Shown here one piece after another: positions 52,453 through 64,000 of a stretch of DNA of 64,000 nucleotides; the first letter of the stretch is position 1; every line of letters begins with the position of its first letter. The stretch comes from Chrysomallon squamiferum (lineage: Eukaryota; Animalia; Mollusca): positions 31,868,001-31,932,000 of the forward strand of contig CM022665.1 in NCBI GenBank assembly GCA_012295275.1, given 5' to 3'. The notes under the pieces were generated by a model. The model was given only the letters and a program-made list of their open reading frames with translations, did not search any database and was not told the origin of the DNA. Both the position numbers and the translations under genes were made by a program.

Positions 52453-55400
52453 AGTAAACATTCTTTACATTATTATAACTACTAACTTTAAATAGCATTA
52501 AATTAATTTATTTTCTTTTGTGTTTTCTTCTTATGAATATTATGCTTTTGTTGTTGTTAATAATAATAATTTTTATTATTATCAGTGTAGACATAATATT
52601 ATTTTTGTTAGAATTTGTCATTATTTTTAGTTACTGATTTACTTAACAATCCATTTTTAAACATCCACCCCTGTACTGAAATTTCTATCTACACAAATCA
52701 TCAATATAGTATAGTATTAAAACAAAATAAACCAGTATGTATCTACTGAAGAAAATTGATCTTATGACCTATTTTATTTTTTTATTTATTTTTTCATCTT
52801 AAGGTCCATTTTCCGCCAGTGAACTGCATCTATTTTGTAAGAGTGGTGAACTGGAAAATTTAACAGTATTATAGTATTGATTTTATTATTGTCACTGATT
52901 AATAATCAACTGTCAGTGATATTTATAGTCTTTATAAAAATTAAAAATAAATAAAAAAAATGAATAAAAAGAATAACTGACAGAGAGATAGAAAGATGAA
53001 GATACTAAGAATGGTAGAAAAAGATAGAGACACATAAAGACTGACAGAGAGAATGCAGTAGTATGATAGAAAGAGAAAAATAAAAACAATAAAAAAAGAG
53101 AAAAATATAGAAGAGAAATAGACAAAAGATGAAAGAAGAATGAAGAGATCAGAAAGAGAGATCTTTAAAAAAAAAAAAAATCTAAACTTAATTGATTTTA
53201 TATTTTTATCATTTTGAGCATTCTCTACATTTTATTGGCAAACCAGTTGTGCAAACTGTGAATTCAAAAGACCTACTAAGCAAATATTTTTCCACTTAAC
53301 AAAATCATTGGTCTAATTTACAAGTGTATCTGCAGAAAGAGGTCATTAATGATGAAAAAATTGGTATACCTATTTTTTTTAATTTTAATTTGACTTGTTT
53401 ACAAACTCTAATCTCATTTTCTGACAGCTGTTCATATTAAGTGTATCATGGATAATGAATTAACTTGGAATATTCTGTATAATGCAAAGGAGAAGTGATT
53501 TTAAAATTAAAAACAAAATTAAAATTTAACAACATTTCATGATAAAGATAAATATATATATATTATCCAGACATTGATTAGGAAATGAAAAAGATTAATT
53601 GTAATATCAATGATATACAATGTTTATTTTCAGAGCAAACAAATGATTCGGAATCATGCAAATAAAACAGCACAAAAATGTCTGAAATAATTTAACAAAA
53701 GATAAAAAAATATAAAAACATAAAATGAGCATCATTTATAGATTTTTCTTTCAAATAAATAATATATAATACAATGGGTTTATGAAAAATGTCTCTCTTA
53801 TTTATATATTACTCTGTGTAATAAAACAAATATACATTTATACATGCAGACACAAACACACACTCTTATATGTGTGTTTATATATATATATATATAATAA
53901 TATATGCTGTAATTTATTGTATTTCAGTAAAATATAATTATATTTTACCTACCTCAGTCCACAAGTTAGTATACTGAGTGAACAGTTTGAATACTGTGAA
54001 GAAACAAAGTGCAACACTTTTCAAACAAAAGGTTTCTAAGCTATCTCCTAATTTTAACTTTGATGAAAAATACATAAATCCCTTTCAGTGGAACATACAA
54101 CTCTGCACTCAGTAACTCAGCAGCTGAAGATAAAATTCAGATCAGCACCACTAAACATCCATCAAAGTCCAGAAAGTAGCCATTAGTATTTAGACAAAGC
54201 TTGACCACTAGATAATCCCCACTGACCAATCTGCTTTTCCCTGACCACTTGTACGTATGTATATATATGTTGTGTTCAGACAAAACAAGCTGAACACTGG
54301 TTACCAAGTCTAGAAAAATCTTCCAGTCTTGTTACTCACAGTGCAGTACAGTGTAACACGAACATGAAGATGCTCATAGCAGCTAATTTCATGCCATTAG
54401 GCAACACTTAATTCCCAAAATATGGGTCTGGTTAACTTTGTCCTGCCCCATTTTGAAATTACTCCAGTGACAACAACACGATGCCAGAGATGAAAGACTC
54501 AGTTTGAGCTGATATTTGTCACTTTACACTGAAACAGCAGCAGCAGCTTTGCTTCATGTCTGCTTCTAAAGCGTCTGCTACTACAATACAGCACAAAATC
54601 AATTGAAGACAAAGGAGAGTTCTAGAAGAGAAATCACTGTGTCACAAAGAGTTTGTTATTTCTCACTGTATTTCCCCTGTTTTATTTTTAGCTCTTTTTT
54701 TTTTTTTTTCAAGTTTGAAGCCTTTGGCTCTGCTTCAGTAACAGTAAATGAAGCAGAAAGTTTCACTTACAAGGCTGACTGTAGTCTGCAAGTCAGGGAA
54801 CTGCATGGAAAAAAAGTAAAATGAAAGAAGAATGTCAACATGGTTGATTACTTTCTGTGTTTTCAAGTACAGAATCAGAAATACTGTTCACTGATCTGCT
54901 TGGCACAAATAGTCATGTGAAAATGATATTGTGGTAATAAAGATCAGTTTAAATATCTATAATCTCCTCTATAATCATAGGGTTAAAGATGAGATGCTTG
55001 TGTATAGTAAATATTTCAGCATATGACCCATAAAATAATGAAATAAATCATGAAGCAAAAAGAAAAAGATTCATTTCTTCTGACAAAAATCAATTCCCAG
55101 CAGAAAAATATCTCAATTCATTAGTGGAATAATATGTTATGGTTATCAGAAATGTTATTTAATTTCAACCCAAGTCACTGTTTAGTCTGCTGCATCTGTC
55201 TTCCTGATCTGATAACATATAGCTTACCACTGATTGATTTTACAAAACAAAAAGCAAAACACTTGCATTTACTTTTCATCAACAGGACATAAAGTATTTC
55301 TGCTCTTTCTGTCAGAAAATTCTCATTAAAAAAATTCAATATTGCTAATGAGATCAGAATTGACTGATCAATGAAGAAAGCATTAAGATCTTTCTTTTAC

Positions 55401-56309
55401 ATTTAGACAATGATTATGACCAAATCTTTTCTTCTTTTTTTCTCTTTAAAATTCTGTTGCAAGGTGTAGGAATTAATGAAAATAAAATTCATATCCTCTC
55501 TTTTTCAAAAAACAGAACTCAATTTACTTTCTCTGAACTGACAAACATAGTTTCATCAATTCTGAATTTTATTTAGAAATTTGGTAAAGATATTTTTTAA
55601 TTCAAATGTGTAGGTGGTGGAGAAAATTTAATTTTTTAAAATAATTAAAACATTTTATCATTATTATTATTTTTGGTAGCTGTAATGGTAGTAGATGTGG
55701 TAGTAGTAGTTACAGATGAGTAATAGTATCTGTATTGGTGGTAATAGTAGCAATAATAGTACTGTTATAATATTTTAAATTTAAAGCTTGATATATTTAT
55801 TTACATTTCAGAATAGTTAGATGGTTGAAAATAAATTTACATGAAGGTAACAACTGTGCTATGATAACTGTGTTTGTTAACAGATTCAACAAATGTGGAG
55901 ATTACAATGGTGATATTTCACTGGGAACTTAATACCTGCTGATTTTAATTAACATCATACCTGAACACAAAAACATTACCTACAAACTTTAATTAAAATG
56001 ATACCTGGACAGAAAAAAATAAGCAATCACAAACATGCTTAGTTAATAATATATTAGAATGATTAAAAAAAAAAAAAAAATTGTACACAGAATTTGATTA
56101 ATAATATTTTTGAAAACAATTTCTTTTTTTACATCCTTTGATTCCTTTTCTATTATGTTAAGTATTAATTTCTATTATAATTAATTAACTGAATAAAAAT
56201 CGTGAACAGTCTGCATGAATGTAATACTTAGATAAGGCTAATGATATGACAAAATAAATACAGTGCCAAAGCTGGTTTATTTAATATGAAATATAGATAA
56301 GAATGTTAT

Positions 56310-56870
56310 CTCTATTTTAATTACATCCTGATCAGAAACTTTTACCTATTCTGTATATCATACTACCTGTAAAAGCCATCCTTGTCTGTTAAGAACATTA
56401 TCTCTACTTCTTTTAATTACACCTGTATCAGATATTTTCTCCTACTCTGTATATCATATTACCTGGAAAAACAATCTTTATCTGATGTATATATTATATT
56501 ACTTGGAAAAAAAAAGATTTACCTACCACAGTTTACTTACTGCATTAGTTATTTAACCTTAGAATTTTTTTTACCTATTGTGTTTGTTATAATTGTCCCT
56601 GTAAAAATTTACATACTCTATTAATGTTATTAACTGGGAAAAAGTCTCATAACTTACTGTGTTTATTATATGTAAAAATACTTGTACCTGCTTTGTTTAT
56701 TATAATATATGTAAAAATATTTTTACTTCTGGTATTATAATATCTGGAGAAATGTACATACTATATTAATATAATTATTACCTGAAAAAATAAAACAATT
56801 ACCTAAAAAAAGAAAATAGAGAAATAAAAAAGTTCCTATCTTCTTCATTGCATTACCTGGAAATAAAATT
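56310..56870. repeat. Degenerate tandem repeat, unit about 35-40 bp
   Basis: Recurrent ttttaccta.tctgtatatcatattacctg.aaaa. Confidence 0.6.
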
Positions 56871-57431
56871 TTACTAAGAGGCTTTAATAATAACTAGATA
56901 TCTATAGGCCTTAGTTCACTCGAGTCAATCAGTTGTTCTGTATTGATCTTTTATTTATTTTATTATTATTTTGACCTCAAGTCATTGAGTAAAGTGCATA
57001 GAATCACCTGTGACATACTGTAGTACAAACAGTGGGCAGTGTCAGCTGGCACTAATCTCTTGACAACTACAATCATACGGTGTTAATCAAGAGATCACTT
57101 TGCTCAATACCCCCAGAAACTCTCAATGTGTTTGGTGGTCAGGGGAATATAAAAGCCTGATTACAAACTGTTATATCTCAAGGCCACTGGTCAGTCTAAC
57201 ACCAAACAAACAGAGACAATCAGTAGCCTCTGGTTTGTAGCTTTTTCATTACATATATCCACTTGAAATATACAGAGCTATCAGCCCAAACAATCTGTTT
57301 ATCAAATGCTGTTTCCTAGTCTTCAACCATGATCCACTCCAAGTGATACAGGCATATGGCTTTGTAATTGGAGTGTTTGTCTGAAATGTGATTATTTCCC
57401 AATCTTACCAGTGCTGGTCAATACATACAAA

Positions 57432-57495
57432 GGGATGTAGCTCAGTGGATAGAATGCTGCCCTAAAACTTGATGGGTCATAGGATCAGTCCTTTG
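57432..57495 (+). mobile_element. tRNA-derived SINE head fragment
   Basis: GGGATGTAGCTCAGTGG A-box start and a degenerate B-box taggatcagtcc, with spacing similar to the 37381 copy. Confidence 0.55.
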
Positions 57496-59096
57496 TGATG
57501 TGGCAGTTTGACACTTTCCCATTAGCAGTAGCAATCTGTTCATTTACAAGGTTGTTTTTTTTTTTTTGGGTAACAAAGTTTATTAAATTAACAAGACAAA
57601 ATTATACTAAGACTTTATCATCAAAATTTAATGTTTAACATCATGATTATTAGATTTCACCAAAACATCTAACTATATTTTTAAAGTTATAAAACAGGGT
57701 TTACTGGAGAAATAAAATTGTCTGTTCAGAACAAATGAATATTTAATAATATCTTAACACATTTCACCACCAAACAATCTCAGAGGAACTGAAAAATATC
57801 ATCCTGCCACGTAGGTAGACAGCCAGCCAGACAGAAAGACAGCCAACAAGTTGGTAGGTAGATACAAAAAGATAGAAAAATAGAAAGCTATTGAGAAATG
57901 ATGTATTAGAAAGAAAATAGTTTGTCAAAAAAAACCAATACTAGATATTTATATGTCTTTATAATATTAATAGCTCATTAACGTATTTATATATATATAT
58001 ATATATATATGAAGAAAACACACACATAGATATAACATATATATGCATAAACAAACATGCAAAACAGAATGCAATTATTAATTTTTAAACTATAATCTAA
58101 AAAAACAAAAAAACAAAAACACAAAACAACAGTGCTCGCCCTAATGGAAGAAGAAGAAAACAAAATAAAACAAATATTTTGAGAAACAAGACCTTTTAAT
58201 AATAATAATAATATTTCACAAACATGTGTTTACATTATCACAGGAATTTATCTGATCTGCAATGTGTAAGTAATTAAAACCAGTTCAAATTACAATTGTT
58301 ATACACGTAATAAAGAAGAAAATGGGAAACAGAGATGTCAACCTATTTCCCACGGTGTTAAATAAGTATATGTATTTTAGAGAAACCAGATGAACCAAGT
58401 GGGTACAATTGTTATGAAAGGAGATAAACATCAGGCCAGTATATACTGCAAGAATACTTCCTTTATGCAAGAATACTGTAAAGAAAAATATCTATGTTTA
58501 AATACATGTAATTAAATGGAGAAGGAGTAGATAAGAGGGACACTAATTATAACATGTATTTTATGTTTTGTACTGTTACACTGTAAGAAGTGCTCATTAT
58601 GTGTGTGTAAGTACATATTTATATGTTTTCTTTATGAAGGTATGGATGAAGAATGAATAATGAATGGATGGTCTGATGGATGGATATGTATGTATATGCA
58701 CATGTATGCAAGCTTCTAATATATGTACAAGTGTATATATGTATATAATAAATGTTTCTAATGTGTACATGTATATATGTATGTATGTATGTATGCATGT
58801 GTGCATGTATGTACTTATGTATTTATGTATGTATTAATATATTCATGTATGTTTGAAAGTTAGTACAGATGTAATTGAGAGTATGTCTATATGGATATAC
58901 TTCATGTTTTTAAGAATAGACATCTGTTTATTTGAAGACAATCATTAACGATAATATGTTCTTAATTCCTTTACAGATGATAGGTATGGGATAGCTCATG
59001 ATTACAGGAAAATGCAGTTTTCTTTTAGAGAAAAGTGCAAAACACCACACAGTGTATATCTTGCTATCTGAGGAATGTGCCACAGTATAAAAAATA

Positions 59097-59127
<31 letters not shown>

Positions 59128-62100
59128 TGAATAAGGTAATTTTGAATTTTCTTTTGTGTTCACAATGTCCAATTGTTTTTTTTTTTTTTTTTTGTTGAAA
59201 TTTTGAATTTTAAATTAAGTTATATCAATATATGTTATCATGTAAATGAAAATTCTTTCCTTTCAATACACATTCTACTTTTTCTCAACCTAATTATATA
59301 TTAAGCTACAATTCTTGAACAATTTCCCATACCCTTTTCTTTTTTCTTTTGTTTAAATCACCTTCACCAAAATGTCCCTGGTTATCTGTTACATAAACTG
59401 AGCTGATTGGAATAGGTGTTGATGGCTTTGATATCTCAGGAATTTTTCTTCAGATTACAGGTATTCTGTTAAAGATTACATGCAAATTTTAGATTCTGGC
59501 ATTCCATTGTGTTCAAGAAATACCGGCAATCAGCATTTTCCTAATGTCTTCATGTTCTCTGGCAGAATCCCTGAGGCATGCTTACACAAGGAAATGTTTA
59601 CATATTTATTCTTGATGTTACAAGTAAAGATATAAAAAGTAAAACCATTCTGCTCTTGGTCTGATCAAGTGCATTCAGGCAAGTACAGATTAGATGGTAC
59701 ACATTGCAGTTACAGCTCTATTATTTCTAACTTAAATAGACTTGTAGATAAAAGAGGGTGGGGAAAAGAAATGAAATGCACCTAACAAAAGGAGAAGATA
59801 ATGAAGAAGAATGTTCATGATCTAGGTTGAATGTTAAGAAAATAAATATCAATGATTTAGGTTTAAAAGCAAAAGAAAAAAAAAAAAAGTATCCATAGTC
59901 TAGGCTTAAAAGATAAATATAAAGATAAATAGGCCTATTGATTATTTAGTTTAAATGTTAAATATAATTTCTAGTATTACAAAAATGAGCAAGATTTAAA
60001 AATCACAAATACATAATTAAAGTAAAATAACATTAACTTAAAAATAAAATAAAACAAAAAGAGAATCTGTCATGTAAGAAAAACAAGTGTTTTGAATTAT
60101 GTACATTTTCTGCCAGTCTGTAAGATATTACAAAGTTAAAGGCTAAGAAGTAAAAATCTGAATGTCATCCAGTGTTCACTAACACCTGGAATTCAAATTG
60201 TCTCACAACAAATGTGTGGCTGCTGACAACTGCTAATGTTAAATGATACTCCTGTCCACATATGGGTTGAAGAATTTGTAATAAGGTTTTGATTTTGTTT
60301 TTTTTAACCTAGGGAAGAAATGGTTATTTCATATATATATATATCATGAACTGAACAAAAAAAATATAAAATGATAAAAAAAACATGAAGGTAGTGAAAG
60401 AAATACACATGGATATTCAAAAGTGAAATTAACAAATATGGCATACAAATAAAAAGTGTAGAGAGAGGGAGAAGGGAGAAAGTCAGGAGTCATTCATACA
60501 GCATAATTCATTTGTAAGATGCTCTAATGGTGATAAATTAGCCAAAGTGAAACCAATATAAGAAGATCCCTGGTGTGAAATAAATGAATTAACTGTAATC
60601 ATATATAAAAACTGTATGTATAACATCAAACATTATTATACACCCTTACTAATATTAATTAATGCAGTTCAGCCACTTTGGTTAGGCTTAGTTCCATTCT
60701 AAGTGGTAAACTGTTAGCTGATGCTCAGAAAATAAGTCAAAGTTCATTATAGCAACTGTTTGGCTTGGTTCTAGCCATCCATTACTTGGTGCGTTACAAG
60801 TCTATGGAGATAAAGCCAGTGAGGCTCCATTTGACTGATGAAATCAATATTTCTATGCGTAAATCTGGATGTTTTTAAAAGATATATAAAATGATATTAA
60901 ACCTTTGGTTTCATCAATTTAATAGTTATTTAAAACAGAATGTTTCTATATTGACTTTTCAAAAAGCAATGTGTTAGTTTATTATTATGGTAACAAATTA
61001 TTTCAAAACAATATGGTTATCAATCATTTCATCTAATGATAATTGCTATTTTTATAATAATATGTTAGTTAAAAACATTTGCTGTTTGGGATTAAGGTGA
61101 CAATTGTTGTTACTTCTCTTGCACCAAAATTATGCTCAAGAACTTTAAAATAAATGTTTGTAACACTGTTACAAGAGAGTAGCCAGGACAGCTTTAGAAT
61201 ATTTTAATACTTCAGTACTAGTATATCAATTGCTCTGGTATATATTTTTCTGTACATGGAAGAATGCTTATAAAAGATTCCTGTCTTCTAATTGTAAGCA
61301 CAATCATTAAAACAAAATTAGGTATTGCTACAGATGATTTCTCAAGCCTGAATTAGCAGAATAATGAACAGAAACCCTCAAATAGTTCAACACTGTCTGA
61401 GATTGAACTGTTTGAAGCTTTTAAATATCATGGAGCAGCAACAATTCAAAAATAACAAAAAATTTATGTACAAAATATTTGTCTTCTTTAATTTACCCCA
61501 TTAAAATTTAAATTAAAGTGTGGTACCATCACTGAACTCCAGATGAAAGTTACAAGGTTGTTCAGATACAGCAGTAGCTATTAATGTTCACCTAATTGTT
61601 TTAATTAGAATAATATCCTCAGTCACATGGTTAGTTGTGCTGGTGATTTCTGACATCATCCTACAGATGTTGTGGGTTTAATTAGTTTCTTTGCTTGTGT
61701 GATATTTCACAAGAAATGTCTGAATGAAACCTAACAACAACAGATGTTAAAAAGTGTAGAGATGTTCTAAACAAACAGTGAGTTATTCATTCATTTTGTT
61801 TAGCAATTCATTCATGTTACAGGAATATTTATTTATGTTCCCAAAATACATAGTATGAAATGCTTCTGTGCTGTCAAAATTTATGATTTATTGTTGTCTT
61901 CAAAATAAAAGTTTTCCCCGGACAAAATATTCACTCATTCTTCTTTAACTGATGACCTTAGAATTCACACACATATATTTTTCTCAATATCAGATGAAGA
62001 TAGGTTAACAGTAATCCCTAGATGTATACATCTTGTCTGAGGTGATCAGTCCATTGTGATATAAAAGCAAACAGTTTACAACAGCCATCAAGGAGTGGAA

Positions 62101-62839
62101 ATTATCCTGTCACCTTCAATGAAATGTAATGTTTAAATACTCATAGGAGACCTTCCAGAAAGTTTTAAAACTGGTGGGTATATATATATTTTTATTTTTT
62201 ATTTGTTTGTTTTTTTGTCAGATATTTATCATTATCACAGAAATTATTAAGGTAAAGTCTCAGTTTAAATATTTTTTAATTTTTTAATTATTATCCAGTC
62301 TGTTTCTGATAGCTAAATCCATTAATAAACTGTTCTCATTTCTTTTGTTATTCAGATAATGTACAAAATGCTTGACATTAAGCTGTGTACAAGACTTCTG
62401 TCTGATTGTAAGTATATTAGTATTCACACTGGCATTACTTGTCAAATCCAAATATCCAATCTGACATCCTGGAAAATTAATTTATTTTTATTGTTAATAC
62501 ATACTTAATAATTATCTGTACCATAAGAGAGTAAAACTGGTGCTTTTAAAGGCATATTATTATAAGCTATGTTCATTAGAAAAGTTCTAACAATTTAGGA
62601 ACAGCAATTTTAATTATTTTGAAAAAAGAAGAACAGTTAAAAAATTGCTTTTACAATATTTAGTGCTATACAAATATTTCAAGTCTTTATTATAATGCTA
62701 GAGGTCTTAAAAAAAAAAGTAGTTTCTGTTAATATGTGTGTCAGTCAGTATGATGTAGATCACTGAATACTATATGTCTTTATTGTTTTACAACTAGACA
62801 CTGTCATATGTTGCAGATATAATCATACTACTGTAAGTA

Positions 62840-63295
62840 TCTTCTGAAGTGCTATGAGTATATGTCAAAGTGCTATAGAACTGTAGCAAATACTATGTTG
62901 ATCCCTACCAAAATGCTGTTGGACTCAATCAAAGGTGATGCAGGTTACTGCTGAAGTCCTTTAGGTCTTTATTAAAGTGCTGTTAGGTTTCTGTCAAAGT
63001 GCTATATAGATATCTATCAAAGTGCTATACAGAACTTAGTTGAGTGTTATACAGTCTTAGTCAAAATGATATATAGATCTGATCACAGTGCTATATAAGT
63101 CTTACTCAAAGTGTTATACACCTTCAAAGTACTATAAGTTTCTATAAGAATGTTATATGTTTATGTCAAAGTGCTACAGAACTATTAAAATTCTGTAGGA
63201 CACTATCAAAGTTTTACGGATCTCTGTCAAAGTGCTACAAATTTCTGCCAAACTGCCACAGACCTCATTAAGTGTGATACAGAACTCTGTCAAAG
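62840..63295. repeat. Degenerate minisatellite, unit about 21-23 bp (tcaaagtgctat...)
   Basis: tcaaagtgcta and variants recur about every 22 bp, roughly 20 copies. Confidence 0.8.
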
Positions 63296-63710
63296 CTTAA
63301 TACATAAAGAGAACCACTTAATTCATAGTTCTGCACTCTAGATTTTATATTCCACCTCAGTTATCTAATATTACACAATGATTACCATAACCAGTCACAC
63401 AACTGTATAAGGTTATGATAGGGAAAGTAATAACATTAAATATAACATTAATGTAAGATATATAGTAAAATGGACTTCATTTTGCTCTGTTTTAGAGTTA
63501 GATAATTCATCTCATACTTTCAAATTCTTATCTACATAAAAATGTCTTAGTTAATAATATAACAATTTTTACATTTATACTGAGTGTGGGTGTATGTGTG
63601 TTTCTGTACAGATAAACAGATGGATGGACAGAACTATAAATTAATATTGATTAAATAAATCGTAAAGTATATGGATGCTTCAAGCTTTCAAATATCTTTC
63701 ATGTATTATA

Positions 63711-63743
<33 letters not shown>

Positions 63744-64000
63744 ATATATATATATATATAAAATCTTATAAATTACATGAATTTTTTAAATTATTATTTT
63801 GTTAGTTATGTGGTCACATTTATCAAGTTAAAACACAATAGATATTCAGGGAATTCTTTTTTTGTACTGAAAATAATCATGAAAGTTTCTGCCACTCAAA
63901 AAGTGTTTTATCACTGTGTTTCAGTGAAGGGATGCAGTAGCATGGTTTGTTTTGAATGTCACTTTACACCATTGTAAGTGACAAAGTGTGTAGCAGTCAA

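Larger units (their letters stand above)
34195..64000 (-). other. Upstream intronic region of the NAV gene (at least 29.8 kb; no CH-domain exon recognised)
   Basis: Phase-1 acceptor at 34195; no long or recognisable coding ORF upstream; AT-rich, repeat-rich and CpG-poor. A small constitutive exon could have been missed. Confidence 0.7.

Noticed and set aside
62840-63295. Regularly spaced tcaaagtgcta motif resembling a CRISPR array
   Set aside because: Period only about 22 bp, units degenerate throughout, no unique spacers, no cas genes, eukaryotic intron: a minisatellite.

Overview
Eukaryotic, very AT-rich, CpG-depleted animal genomic DNA; the repeat types and the protein suggest a mollusc or other lophotrochozoan, which is inference. 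The whole window lies inside one minus-strand gene, a neuron navigator (NAV / unc-53 / sickie family) orthologue. Two very large internal coding exons are clear: 34194..31803 (2392 nt) and 4492..2778 (1715 nt). They join in frame across a 27.3 kb phase-2 intron (...DDD-S-FDDSSSISSG...). The CH-domain exons and the coiled-coil/AAA+ exons are not seen and presumably lie outside the window. The most interesting signals concern isoform control: (1) a cluster of frame-preserving phase 1-1 micro/mini-exon candidates at 1.2-2.3 kb, one of whose splice donors lies inside a 22-bp inverted repeat that pairs fully (one G-U) only in the sense transcript; (2) several phase-matched candidate alternative first exons inside both introns. 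The rest is intron with SINE remnants, one young TSD-flanked retro-insertion, degenerate minisatellites and microsatellites. No prokaryotic systems, CRISPR arrays, rRNA or intact tRNA genes are seen. All alternative exons are predictions from sequence only.
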